DNA from: a virus
Taxonomy: Duplodnaviria > Caudoviricetes
Reading direction: 5' to 3' (one strand)
DNA length: 55,138 nucleotides
Virus record (IMG/VR): IMGVR_UViG_3300027861_000039
Location: 1-55,138 of that record
A program made the position numbers and the translations under genes. The notes under the pieces were generated by a model. That model searched no databases, was not told where the DNA came from, and was given only the letters and a program-made list of their open reading frames with translations. This document shows positions 17,138 to 27,202 of the stretch, one piece after another. The stretch's first letter is position 1, and every line of letters begins with the position of its first letter.

Positions 17138-20100
17138 CTACCCCATTTCTTCCATTTCTGGATTATAGCCCTTACTTTCTTTCATAGCCTTCTTAGCCTT
17201 GATATGAGCCATCATCTTTTGCCTGATCTTCTCAGCTAGGTCTTTTTTACCCATCTCTTTAGCATTAATATAGGCGTTTATGTTGCCTTGCAGCTCGTTT
17301 TTGCCCGAAAATGGGTCAAAAGAATATATACCCTTATCGTACATTTGCAGTTGATCTTTAGCGTGTTTTCGGCTTTTTTCAGTCTCAGACTTTGAACTAA
17401 CACCTCTTTGAGGAGATCGGAATGGTTCAACGCCAGCTCTTCTAGCAATGCCGGCTTCCATTTGTTGAGCTGATTGCTCTGGCATACCGCCGCCGTGAGC
17501 GTCTCTCAATTCAGTTCTATGTTTGGTTTGATGTAGTTTACCTTTATATCCAGGCTCACCGATAGCATCTTGGTACTCTTCTAAACCTGCGCCTGGAGGA
17601 GTTAGCATTGCGTGCGCTCCTTCGTGAAGTAGCTGCTGATCGTGTGGGTCGCCTTTAGCATTAATAGTAACACTTGTCGGATTGTGAGAACCAAGGTCTC
17701 TTCTATTGCCGCCGCCAGTATCTGGAGTTAAACCAACACTTTCTAAATATTTACCGATTCTATCAACTCGATTTTGTTCATTAGCCTTACCATCAAAACC
17801 TTCCGTCGCCATTCTTTTATCGTGGATAGGTTTGCTAAACTCACCTTTCTTAATAGTATGTAAGTGATTCAAAGCCTCAGCCGCATGTTTTCTATATTCT
17901 GGGTCTGGATGGTCTTTAATAGCTTTCTCAAGAAAAGAGTGAATTCCTTTTTTATTTCTAAGCCTCATGGTTTTAGAAGAATGTCTATAGTCAGGGTGGT
18001 GAACTTCAATTACCTTATGATCAGGAAAATGAATAGGAAGCTCTTTTTTAATCTTATCAACAAGCTCAGTAGTTTTACCTTCATTTCCATAGTCTGACGT
18101 ATGTAAAAGTAACGTGTTATCATTTAAAAGTTTAACAACAGGGTAGTGTGAGCCAAAAACATTAACAGTAGATGGAACTTGACCTGTCATCTTAGCCCTT
18201 TTAGAGCCTTTCATTTTATCTTCACTAGGCATAGAGTATATTCTCTGAAACATAGTCTTAGTGCTTTTTTTATCTTCTTTTAGGTCAGTAAGAGCTTGGG
18301 TTACTTTCTTATCTTCCTTACCAGGCTTATTAATTGGGTCGCTAGCTTCTGTGATGTGATCGTCAGGAGCTGGTCTGCCAGACTCTCTGATCATTTCTTG
18401 TTCGTGAGCGATATCTTTTATAGGCTTTGCAGCGTCTTCAGATTTTCCAAGCTTACTGTCATTTGTATGCCAATTTCCATTTATAATATGGTCTGGTAGA
18501 AGACCGGCTTTTTGGTCAGCATACCTAGTCTCAGCTGGAGCCGCTCTATTATGGTCTCCATGAGGACCAAAGTTTACCCAAGAGTTTTGACCTAAAGTCT
18601 CTGTTGCTAATGCTTTCTGAGCTAGTGGTGAGAACATTTTTTTATGTGTATTGTAAGCTTGATGCTCACCTTTAGCTCCAAAGCCGCTTTCCCCACCTTT
18701 GTGGTGACCGTTAATATCATGAACTATTCTGAATATATCGTTAGCTAAAAGATCATGACCGTCATGTTTAATACCAGTCTTTCCAAGCATAGGGTGGTCT
18801 TTAGGAGCGCTATCTCCACTACCAAAGCCTTGATCTGTTGGGTAGAACCACATATGGTTGTTATTTTTAATGTCGTGATGTAGCTCTTTAGAATTTTTAT
18901 ATGGGTTATCCATTCCAGGCTTCATTCTGGAAATCTTAATACCGCTATTCATAATATCATTAAATTGATTTTTAGTTTCACCAATCAAAGCGCCGTAAGC
19001 CTCTTGAACGTCAGGATTGTTAGGGTCGTGCTGTACCTTGTCGTACTCACCAGCAATAGCCTTGCCGTGTTCTTTGTTTATTTTAACTTCACCCTTTTCA
19101 TGCTGGTCTTCGCTTTTAAACATTCTACGATGAGTAAAATTAACGGCGTTTGTAGGCTCCCCAGTACTGTCTTCATTAGGCTGCTGCCCTAGTTCTGGAG
19201 CACTCATAGGCTCTCTACTAGCCTCACCGTGAGTACTCTTAATACCGTTTTTCCAGGCGTTAAGCATTAGCTCATGATCGCCTTCAAACTCTTTATGTAA
19301 TTTGTCATAGTGAGCGTTATGAACGTCATCTCTAAGATTTGGATTTTTATTAACCACTTCTTTAAGAGTTCTATTACTAAGCTTATTAATATAACCATAT
19401 TTAGCGCCAAGCTCTGGGCTAGACTTTATAGTTTGCTTATAAACATGATGACTTAGACCTTCAGAGTACTTACCTAAGAACCAATCTTTATCAGCCTTAT
19501 AGGTAGCGTCAGAGTATTCTCTTTTAAGTTTTTCACGCTCTTCGTCTCGAGAAGAAACATCTTCACCAATAGAAGCTGCCGTTCTAGCATGTTTTGGGAT
19601 ATTTTCTGATGAGAACTGTTCGTTAGCTGTTTGTTGAGAGTCTTGGTTGATACTGTGAGCGCCTTGAAACATTGCTAACGCAACGGCGGCTCCTTTAAGA
19701 GCATTCTTACCTTCACCTTTCTCTAACATCTCTAAGTAGTCTTCAATATGTTTCTTAAGAAGCTTAGGTGTTAGGTTGTATGTGTGACCGCCATGGTCAG
19801 TATCTGGCTCAGGCTCTATCGGAGCTGGAACTGGAGTATTTATTAATCCGTCGTATGTATGAGTTAAGGGAGTTTTGTTTATAATAGAATCTTTAACATT
19901 TTGCCTGTCTTGTGGACCCATAGAAGTCCACTCTGCTGTTTCATCCTCTTTATCAAAGGTACTTACAGACTGACCCATATCTTGAGTTCTTCCTTGATGA
20001 CTGTAAGCCAGATTTTTATGGTGCTGTATGGTATCTAAAAAATCATCGTCATGAACGTCAGACATATTATGATCTGCCTTGTCTCTCATAACCATTCTTA

Positions 20101-22993
20101 TGTAGTCTATATTGTTTACATGAAAATCACTAGCAGATTCATGATTAGCCGCCCTACTTTGAAATATTTGCTCTTGGTTTTCACCTTCCTTACCTTTTTT
20201 TACAAAATTACTCTTAGCATCTTCCGTTAGTGGTAACGTGTCTGAATCAGAAGGTTTAAAACCCATAGATCGTGGAACTTTTTTATAGCTATCTTTATAG
20301 ACTGAATGTATTTTGTCAGAGCCGGTATGTTTAGATTTAGACTCTGCCGAATGGGTTGAGACTTTTTGAGCGCCATGCTTCTTGGCTTCTTTCAATACAG
20401 AATTAATGATGTTTTCACGCCAATTTTTATGGTGTGCAGAAATTTTATCAATATGCTCTGCTTTTTGCTGAGAGCCGTTTTCTTTCAAATATCTAGTAAC
20501 TGTTTTGCCAAAATCTGACTGAACTTCATCAATCATCCAGTGCTCTGGGTCGGTTGTATCAACTCTAGCCCAAGCTATTGTGTTGTCATTGGTAGGGTGA
20601 CCTGATTGTTTTGAAACTTTCTGAACGTGTTTAAAAGTACCATACAGGTCTTTATCTTCCTTTAGAGGAGCTAGGCTATCTGGGGAGTGGTCAAGTCTAA
20701 AAATTACTTGATCTCTCTTATTGATATTTTGCATACTGTCACCCCACTTACTGTAGGATATATCGTACTTGGTTTTAGGTAGCTCTGAGACTTTTTGAGT
20801 AGCCTCATCACTAGTAATCTTACCTTTGCCTTTGAATATCTTTTTCCACTTCTCTTTTTGGTTAGGGTAAAGTTTATTCATAGTACCAACGTCTATTTTA
20901 CCGTTGTTGGCGTCGGCGTGATCTTTAACCATTTCATAAAAATGTTGATCTTCGCCATACTCGTGCTCATAGCCTCTATCTTTTATAGTTTTATTTAAAA
21001 AAGAACTCTCACCGCCGTCAGCTCTTTTTCTTTTGTGTCTATCATTTAACTCATTGAAGTTAGGAATGTGATCGTGTAAATGCTCTGGAATAAACCTTGT
21101 ATCTTGATGGGCGTCTTCATATAAATCATTAAGATGCTCTTGATTGTTTTCTTCAACATAATTTTCAACAGCGCTATTATACTGATCTTGCCAATCTTGG
21201 TCTTCTCGGTTTGCGTAGTGTAAGTCATGACTGTGAACTAATTCATGATAATGTACGCTATCACTATCTCCAAGAGTATCGGCACGCCAAGCTAATGCTG
21301 CGTCATCGTATCTTTGCTGATATTCAGGGTGCTCTTCAACGCTATCATCTTCAAGATGGTTTATCCTAGAAGGACCGCCGTACTGATCTAGAGCTGCTTT
21401 TATATCGTCAATATGAACCGTATTAAGACGACTATCATCTCCTTTTAGTCCTAACTCATCCCAGCTACCAACTCTAGAAGCTTCAAGAGATTGATTAGCA
21501 CGATTTAAAGGAATCATACCGTCAGAATATGTTTTATTGTTGTTGTAGATTTCGTTTAAAGCTTGAAAGGTTGGGTCTCCATAGTTTTGAATTGAGTCTG
21601 GATTGTCTCTAGTCCAATCATTAGCTGTATGCCTGTCAAACATTTTCTCTCTAACAGCTTCATCGTCATCGCCCTCGCCGCCAATTTCGGCTGCAATTCT
21701 ATCAGAGTTATAATAAAGGTGATTATATAATGGATAGTTTTCATCAGCTCTATTTGAGGCATCTTCATGAGCTTCGTCCCTAAGAGAGTCTAAAACATTG
21801 TCAGGTAAGTCGTTTGTTTCGTATATATCATCTTTATTATCTTGATAATGTATATTTAAATCTTCAGCGTCGTAGCCGTGCTCACCCTCATCATCGTACC
21901 ATTTTTGGAACATTTCAGCGCCATGCTTAGGGTCTATATTTTCATTATGATACAGATCGTATTTTTCTGTAAAATCCCCATGTCTTTTAATGTGCTCAAT
22001 TTGTTTTTCATCTAAGTACTCACCATTAATTAGCTGGTCCCTAACCTTGTTATGGTTAGGGTTGTAACTGTGAGTATTCCAATTATCCCAATTTTCAGCG
22101 TCAAACTCTTCTTTAGTGTCAAAATCATTCGGGTGAGAGTGGGAGTGCTCTCCATGCATACCTAAAACTTCATCCATCCAAGTTTTTTTCCAAGAAGGCT
22201 CTGCATCTTTTAATAGTGCATCTATATGGTGGTACGGCAGTCTGTGAGATGCATGTGTTAGTAGGTTTTGGATAATATTAGGTTTGAGGTTTAACGATAC
22301 CTCTGGTCTGTCGCCAAAAACTTCATCAAAATGGCTAATTGATGTTTTCTGTTTATTGATAATTTTAGAAATGTCGCTTCCAGATATGTTTTCAAGATTT
22401 TCAGGATTGCCTAGAGTTAAATCTATCACCTTGTCGTCAAAATGTTTACTATCAATAAGATGCTCTAACATATGTGGATGTTCTTTAGCCATCTTATACA
22501 TATGGGTTTTAGTAAAACCTGGATTTTTTATAATATGCTCATCGCCATCATTGGCTAATTCAGATATTTTTTTAGGAGATAGGTTAAAGTTCCTCTTTAT
22601 ACCTCTCATTCCTTTGCGATATTGCATGGCAAGATCACGCTTAACCGCTATTATAGCATCTAAATCATCTACACCGCTATGTTGAGCTTCTAAATCTTCT
22701 AAGGCTGCTTCGTTGTTTTCAGGAGTGTCGTGCTCTTCTATCGCCGCCGCTCCGCTTTGACTATGTAGATTTGTCCACCAGCTACCACCCTTCCTATTGG
22801 TTGTTAATTCTTTATATTGATCTGTAGACAACTTACCCCACTTATCTATAAATTTATTAAAACCTGTAGGAGTAACAACCTTTTCCCAATCCTGACTAAT
22901 TTGAGCGTCAGTTTCAGTATCTACATGGTCTGGAAACATGTCGTCCTGCTGCGCCTTAATCAAATCGATAATTTTTCTATAGTGTCTTGTCAT
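17138..22993 (-). CDS. 1951 aa polyvalent-type multi-module protein
   Basis: Modules with IDEVQSDF, FRIVHDINGH..ETLGQNSWVNFGP and LLHEGAH motifs separated by LIKA, LEKG, MFKS, LGKS, LEKA, IKKG. Confidence 0.7.
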   Translation of the reverse strand: MTRHYRKIIDLIKAQQDDMFPDHVDTETDAQISQDWEKVVTPTGFNKFIDKWGKLSTDQYKELTTNRKGGSWWTNLHSQSGAAAIEEHDTPENNEAALEDLEAQHSGVDDLDAIIAVKRDLAMQYRKGMRGIKRNFNLSPKKISELANDGDEHIIKNPGFTKTHMYKMAKEHPHMLEHLIDSKHFDDKVIDLTLGNPENLENISGSDISKIINKQKTSISHFDEVFGDRPEVSLNLKPNIIQNLLTHASHRLPYHHIDALLKDAEPSWKKTWMDEVLGMHGEHSHSHPNDFDTKEEFDAENWDNWNTHSYNPNHNKVRDQLINGEYLDEKQIEHIKRHGDFTEKYDLYHNENIDPKHGAEMFQKWYDDEGEHGYDAEDLNIHYQDNKDDIYETNDLPDNVLDSLRDEAHEDASNRADENYPLYNHLYYNSDRIAAEIGGEGDDDEAVREKMFDRHTANDWTRDNPDSIQNYGDPTFQALNEIYNNNKTYSDGMIPLNRANQSLEASRVGSWDELGLKGDDSRLNTVHIDDIKAALDQYGGPSRINHLEDDSVEEHPEYQQRYDDAALAWRADTLGDSDSVHYHELVHSHDLHYANREDQDWQDQYNSAVENYVEENNQEHLNDLYEDAHQDTRFIPEHLHDHIPNFNELNDRHKRKRADGGESSFLNKTIKDRGYEHEYGEDQHFYEMVKDHADANNGKIDVGTMNKLYPNQKEKWKKIFKGKGKITSDEATQKVSELPKTKYDISYSKWGDSMQNINKRDQVIFRLDHSPDSLAPLKEDKDLYGTFKHVQKVSKQSGHPTNDNTIAWARVDTTDPEHWMIDEVQSDFGKTVTRYLKENGSQQKAEHIDKISAHHKNWRENIINSVLKEAKKHGAQKVSTHSAESKSKHTGSDKIHSVYKDSYKKVPRSMGFKPSDSDTLPLTEDAKSNFVKKGKEGENQEQIFQSRAANHESASDFHVNNIDYIRMVMRDKADHNMSDVHDDDFLDTIQHHKNLAYSHQGRTQDMGQSVSTFDKEDETAEWTSMGPQDRQNVKDSIINKTPLTHTYDGLINTPVPAPIEPEPDTDHGGHTYNLTPKLLKKHIEDYLEMLEKGEGKNALKGAAVALAMFQGAHSINQDSQQTANEQFSSENIPKHARTAASIGEDVSSRDEEREKLKREYSDATYKADKDWFLGKYSEGLSHHVYKQTIKSSPELGAKYGYINKLSNRTLKEVVNKNPNLRDDVHNAHYDKLHKEFEGDHELMLNAWKNGIKSTHGEASREPMSAPELGQQPNEDSTGEPTNAVNFTHRRMFKSEDQHEKGEVKINKEHGKAIAGEYDKVQHDPNNPDVQEAYGALIGETKNQFNDIMNSGIKISRMKPGMDNPYKNSKELHHDIKNNNHMWFYPTDQGFGSGDSAPKDHPMLGKTGIKHDGHDLLANDIFRIVHDINGHHKGGESGFGAKGEHQAYNTHKKMFSPLAQKALATETLGQNSWVNFGPHGDHNRAAPAETRYADQKAGLLPDHIINGNWHTNDSKLGKSEDAAKPIKDIAHEQEMIRESGRPAPDDHITEASDPINKPGKEDKKVTQALTDLKEDKKSTKTMFQRIYSMPSEDKMKGSKRAKMTGQVPSTVNVFGSHYPVVKLLNDNTLLLHTSDYGNEGKTTELVDKIKKELPIHFPDHKVIEVHHPDYRHSSKTMRLRNKKGIHSFLEKAIKDHPDPEYRKHAAEALNHLHTIKKGEFSKPIHDKRMATEGFDGKANEQNRVDRIGKYLESVGLTPDTGGGNRRDLGSHNPTSVTINAKGDPHDQQLLHEGAHAMLTPPGAGLEEYQDAIGEPGYKGKLHQTKHRTELRDAHGGGMPEQSAQQMEAGIARRAGVEPFRSPQRGVSSKSETEKSRKHAKDQLQMYDKGIYSFDPFSGKNELQGNINAYINAKEMGKKDLAEKIRQKMMAHIKAKKAMKESKGYNPEMEEMG

Positions 22994-24192
22994 TGCTTTT
23001 TAAACCTTTCATTTAAATTATGCAAAAACTCATGATTAGGGTGACCGTTATCGTCAGCATATTCTTTAGCTTTATTTTTTTCTTCTTCTAGGGCATGGTG
23101 ATCTTTAGCAGACGTTTCTTTAAAGTCTTCTAAATGTATTGGGTGCTCACTATCAGGCTTCACTGTTTCAAACATACCAACCGCCCTACTCATATCTGAA
23201 GGTAGTCCAGAGTTATATATTCCACTAAAGCCGGAGTTTTTAATCTCAGCGTGAAAAGCCGGCTGTCTCATATATGGCATTATTTGTTCGCCATGCTTTG
23301 CTGTGAGCTTATCCATAGCTGTTTGGTATAGATCGTTAGGGTCTTTAGCAATATCGTATAGTTTTTTATCTCCCAAATTTGTAACATATTTTGATTTAGA
23401 GCCAGAAGTTACTACATCTTCAGGTTGAATCCCTTCAGCGTAGTAAAACGCCATTTTATGTTCAGGAGCGCCCTGCTTGGATTCAGAGCCAATTTTACGC
23501 TTTCCTTGAAAATTAGGGTCTATCTCTTCCAAGCCTTGTTCAGGAGAATAGTGAATTAACTTTGTATCAGGTCCAGCCGTTTCAAAAGGATGTTTTTTAT
23601 CTTCAGATTTTTTTAGGTGAAAATAGTTATTACGAATATAAACTTCAGATTTTTTCATCTTACCAGCAACATCTTTAATGAAGTCTGATTTTTTGTGAGT
23701 ATCTTCAAAATCAAATCCGTGAGTAAAATGACTCCCGTCTGCTAAAGTTGAATAGTAATCTTCTGGCTGATCTTTATGAAAAACAGTACTTTCACCCTTA
23801 TGATGTCTACCGGCTTTATCGCCATTTATGTAGTGCATTTCGTGCTTATAGCCGTCAGATATAATAGACGACTCTTGACCTAATGAGGCTGCAAAATTAT
23901 TTAAATGCTTATATGAGCTTTTTGGAGGATTATGAACTAAGATGCTTTTTTCTTTAGTCCCATACATCCCTTCCATACCCTCAGCCTTATAACCTTTTTG
24001 AGCTAAAAACTCTAAAGTTTCGTCGTGAGACATTTGTACTTTGGAAGGATATTTAGGGTTTTCGGATGAGAAGATAAAATGAGGTTTTTTATCATAAATA
24101 GGATGAGTACTTTCAGTTTTCCACAAACTTGTAATAAAGCTTTCTTTTTTACTAATATTTTGCTTAATATTCTTGTAGATGTTTTTATACAT
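22990..24192 (-). CDS. Two-module protein: SAM-lyase-like plus ART-like domain
   Basis: SSENP..GMYGTKEKSILV..LGQESSI, then MKKSE/LKKSE linker, then LIHYS..AFYY..LYD..GFSGIY. Confidence 0.55.
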   Translation of the reverse strand: MYKNIYKNIKQNISKKESFITSLWKTESTHPIYDKKPHFIFSSENPKYPSKVQMSHDETLEFLAQKGYKAEGMEGMYGTKEKSILVHNPPKSSYKHLNNFAASLGQESSIISDGYKHEMHYINGDKAGRHHKGESTVFHKDQPEDYYSTLADGSHFTHGFDFEDTHKKSDFIKDVAGKMKKSEVYIRNNYFHLKKSEDKKHPFETAGPDTKLIHYSPEQGLEEIDPNFQGKRKIGSESKQGAPEHKMAFYYAEGIQPEDVVTSGSKSKYVTNLGDKKLYDIAKDPNDLYQTAMDKLTAKHGEQIMPYMRQPAFHAEIKNSGFSGIYNSGLPSDMSRAVGMFETVKPDSEHPIHLEDFKETSAKDHHALEEEKNKAKEYADDNGHPNHEFLHNLNERFKKQ

Positions 24193-24236
24193 ATATACCT
24201 TACTTATAATACCACAAAATGAACAAAAATAAGTAT

Positions 24237-25055
24237 TTATATGTTTGTTAAATAATACTTACTGTGAAAAATCGATTTAACTCTAGCCATAAGCTTGTCT
24301 TTACGCTCTTCAAGCTTTTCAATCCTTTCCTTGTATGTTTGTGGACCTAAACCACTAGTTGCTTGAGATAAGCCGTCTTGACTTAAACTTTGAGATGTAT
24401 TAGTTATTTGGTTCTGTTTAGCGCTTAATATTTCAATAGCGGTGATCATACCAATAATCTGATTAACAACTACAGGGAGTTTTCCCTCTTCCTTGCATAA
24501 ACCAGAAGTGTATTTTATCGTCCAAAAAGCCGGTAGCCATTTATAGTTACTTAAGGATTGTAGGAAGATTAAAGCGCCGTCTGGAGCAGACGTTGCAATA
24601 GTTCCTGACGTTCCAAACACTGTCAAGATCGGCAAAAGGTTAATTTGCCCTTTATGTGCAAATCCCATTTCAATCCAGTCAGCAGGTAGTTTGTAAATAT
24701 TCGTACCGTTAGAGCTTTCAACCGCAAACAGATCAACGCTTAAAACAGGCTTATGGTTCATTTTCCAATGTAGGAAGTTTTTGTATAGGTTTGAATCGTA
24801 AGGAACACGTTCGTTAAACTGCTCTCTCATTACAGTAACGCCAGAAAAAAGCTCAAACTCATTAATTGCTAGATTAATTTCGTCCTTCAACTCGTCTGAA
24901 GTATAGTCGCTTACATCAACGCCTTTTAAGTATCTTGATTTAAGTTTTTCTGGAGTCAATAAGGTTTCAACCCTACTTAGTAAGTTTGAAGTTTCTTCAG
25001 CCTCTACAGGGTATGATTTTTGGGTTCTAAGTTTAGAATCTGTTAAATCAGCCAT
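24237..25055 (-). CDS. Putative head-tail adaptor
   Basis: LTPEKLKSRYL.G, IKYTSG, QSLSQDGLSQ pattern of SPO1-like adaptors. Confidence 0.65.
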   Translation of the reverse strand: MADLTDSKLRTQKSYPVEAEETSNLLSRVETLLTPEKLKSRYLKGVDVSDYTSDELKDEINLAINEFELFSGVTVMREQFNERVPYDSNLYKNFLHWKMNHKPVLSVDLFAVESSNGTNIYKLPADWIEMGFAHKGQINLLPILTVFGTSGTIATSAPDGALIFLQSLSNYKWLPAFWTIKYTSGLCKEEGKLPVVVNQIIGMITAIEILSAKQNQITNTSQSLSQDGLSQATSGLGPQTYKERIEKLEERKDKLMARVKSIFHSKYYLTNI

Positions 25056-25057
25056 AT

Positions 25058-25726
25058 TTATTCCTCTATATATGTAAAAACATAACCTTTGTGTGATTTT
25101 TGCTTGTTAGTCAGACATCTCCAGATACCTGCCTGGAAAATACTTAAATCTCTAGCGCATTCGGATTGATTAGTCCAAGCACCAACGTAACAATCTTCTT
25201 TATTTTTTACTTTAAATCGCTTGCCGCCGTGTGCAATAGATAACTTAACTCTCTCTTCTTTGTTTAACTTTGTTCCTATTTTATGACTTATATATCCTAT
25301 TTTTGCTAATCTCATTTTTTGTTTAGTTGATTCGGTATGTTTTTTACCTAAAGCTTTTTTTCTTATTTTATTTTTATGTTCTTGAGACAGTTTTTTACCT
25401 ATTTGTTTTTGTCTCATCTTTTCAATAGAATCTTTATGCCACTTTCCTCTATTGCCACCACCCTCTCTTAAGTTGTATCCATTGGGAGCTAAACTATCGA
25501 ATTTATATACTAAAAGCCATTCTTTATAGTTTAACTCTGATTGACTGTTTGCTCCGTCGATCTCTTCTATGGTGAAATTTTCTGGTCCGTACTTTTGAAT
25601 GGCTCTGTGAAGGATAGAGCAACTTTTATCTGTACAGTGTTTTCTCCATCTGTAGCTTAATTTTCCAATAGTTTGACCTATATAAATCTTACAGTTAACT
25701 TTATTGGTCACCTTATAGATTATAAT
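25058..25726 (-). CDS. GIY-YIG homing endonuclease (copy 4; ATT start)
   Basis: ATT at 25726, 6 nt after GGAGG, restores MIIYKVTN; YIGQT; NUMOD3-like KHTESTKQKMR. Confidence 0.88.
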   Translation of the reverse strand: MIIYKVTNKVNCKIYIGQTIGKLSYRWRKHCTDKSCSILHRAIQKYGPENFTIEEIDGANSQSELNYKEWLLVYKFDSLAPNGYNLREGGGNRGKWHKDSIEKMRQKQIGKKLSQEHKNKIRKKALGKKHTESTKQKMRLAKIGYISHKIGTKLNKEERVKLSIAHGGKRFKVKNKEDCYVGAWTNQSECARDLSIFQAGIWRCLTNKQKSHKGYVFTYIEE

Positions 25727-26154
25727 TAGCAGCCTCCATCGTTTAACAAATCTATTTGAATAGCTTGTTTAATGATGAATTTTTTATCCACACCATCCTC
25801 TGTTAGAGTTATTTGAAAATTCCCAGCGTTCGGTAGTTGGGCTGATGTTAAGGAAAATTTATATATACTCTTGTCGTCCACAAACGGTTGAGTTGCTGTA
25901 ACCTCAAACACTTGACTGTCATCTATTGAAAAGAACTTTGCTTTAACCACAACCGCAGCTGCCAAAGAGATATACCTAATAGGGTATTGTTTAAAGGCAG
26001 AAGACTGTTCTGGGTCGGACTTTGTACTCCAATCTAAATCAACCAGCTGAATATAAATCTCATTTGCCTGTCCTTCAGCTAAACGAGCCTGATTAGAGTG
26101 TTTCCAATGGTTTTGGTCAACCACACTCTTCATTATTTTTGCACCAATACGCAT
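25726..26154 (-). CDS. Putative virion beta-sandwich protein
   Basis: 142 aa; late motif 26188-26196 and GGGAG SD. Confidence 0.6.
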   Translation of the reverse strand: MRIGAKIMKSVVDQNHWKHSNQARLAEGQANEIYIQLVDLDWSTKSDPEQSSAFKQYPIRYISLAAAVVVKAKFFSIDDSQVFEVTATQPFVDDKSIYKFSLTSAQLPNAGNFQITLTEDGVDKKFIIKQAIQIDLLNDGGC

Positions 26155-26228
26155 GAGTAACTCCCTTAAAATGGCGGTATTTTGCTTTAAAGATTGCGAT
26201 TTTGAGCCAGCTTATGGTATTATAATAT

Positions 26229-26858
26229 ATGAATAATTATTTAGACGTACTTTGTATAGATGGAATATTGGGTGTTGGTAAGACAACTCAAGTTGTAATC
26301 TTTCATAACCTATTAAAATCAAACAACATACCTCACAAAGTAATCTCTTTTAAAGAGGTTGACGGTACTGACTTTACCGCTCAGCAGCTTAAAAAAATAT
26401 CAGAATATCTAAAAGAAGAGCCTGACGGCGTTGTGCTCTGCGACGGCTCTATTGCTATCGATATTGTAGACGATATTGTTTCTAACATGTATCGCAGCGA
26501 TCTTTGGACCAAGCATAAGGATAATATTCAAGCTTACGAGTCTTTAAATAATCAATATAATTTTGTCAATGTTTTACTAACGCCTAATGATCTAGACATA
26601 TGTGATCGTAGGCTTAAAAAGAAAGCAGACATGTCTGGCGAAGAAAAAGTAGAGTTAAACAATAAAGAACGACTAAGGCTCATTATAAATGGGTTAAGAC
26701 AGTTTGACCATAGCATGTTAACTTGCAATGTGAAGTTTAACAACTTAAATCTAGATGGACATGAAAGTATTATGGACGTTCACGATCAAATATCTGAAAT
26801 CATTATGAAAACTCTACAAATAAAAAAACCTTCCAAAGGAAGGTCTTCTCAATCTTAA
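26229..26858 (+). CDS. Thymidylate/deoxynucleoside kinase-like P-loop protein
   Basis: LCIDGILGVGKTTQ; VVLCDG where dTMP kinases have DR; R.L.K lid-like segment. Confidence 0.65.
   Translation: MNNYLDVLCIDGILGVGKTTQVVIFHNLLKSNNIPHKVISFKEVDGTDFTAQQLKKISEYLKEEPDGVVLCDGSIAIDIVDDIVSNMYRSDLWTKHKDNIQAYESLNNQYNFVNVLLTPNDLDICDRRLKKKADMSGEEKVELNNKERLRLIINGLRQFDHSMLTCNVKFNNLNLDGHESIMDVHDQISEIIMKTLQIKKPSKGRSSQS
26822..26844 (-). terminator. Intrinsic terminator
   Basis: ACCTTCC-TTT-GGAAGGT followed by T run on minus strand. Confidence 0.6.
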
Positions 26859-26871
26859 ATTTCTTTTGGTT

Positions 26872-27168
26872 TTACTGAGATTTTGCAGCTTTCTTTCGAG
26901 CCTTCTCAGCAGCTTTCTCAGCTTTCTCAGCTTCTTTAGCTTCTTTCTTAGCCTTGGCTGTAGCTTTTTTAGCAGCTTCTTTAGCCTCTTTAGCTTCAGC
27001 TTTTTCTTTAGCAGCCTTTGCTTCAGCAGCTTTTACAGCTTCTTTAGTGCCAGGTTTCTTAGAGAGTTTTTCAGACATCTCTACTTGACATTCAGCCCAT
27101 TTTTTACGAGACTCTTCACATCCACAAAGAGCTTTGTTTACTAGCTTGTAGTAATCTAATCTTTCCAT
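26872..27168 (-). CDS. K/A/E-rich low-complexity helical protein
   Basis: AKEAKEAAKKA repeats, AGGA SD. Confidence 0.65.
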   Translation of the reverse strand: MERLDYYKLVNKALCGCEESRKKWAECQVEMSEKLSKKPGTKEAVKAAEAKAAKEKAEAKEAKEAAKKATAKAKKEAKEAEKAEKAAEKARKKAAKSQ

Positions 27169-27202
27169 ATAACCATCCTAATTAAATAGATTTTAATTTA
27201 AA

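Noticed and set aside
19482-19490. CAATCTTTA copy inside the 1951 aa gene
   Set aside because: Antisense, explained by codons for DKDW, no credible gene downstream
22990-23004. -1 frameshift fusing the 400 aa and 1951 aa genes (would read RFKKAM)
   Set aside because: T_AAA_AAG is not a proper tandem-slip heptamer and the ATGA overlap already explains coupling; only a weak possibility
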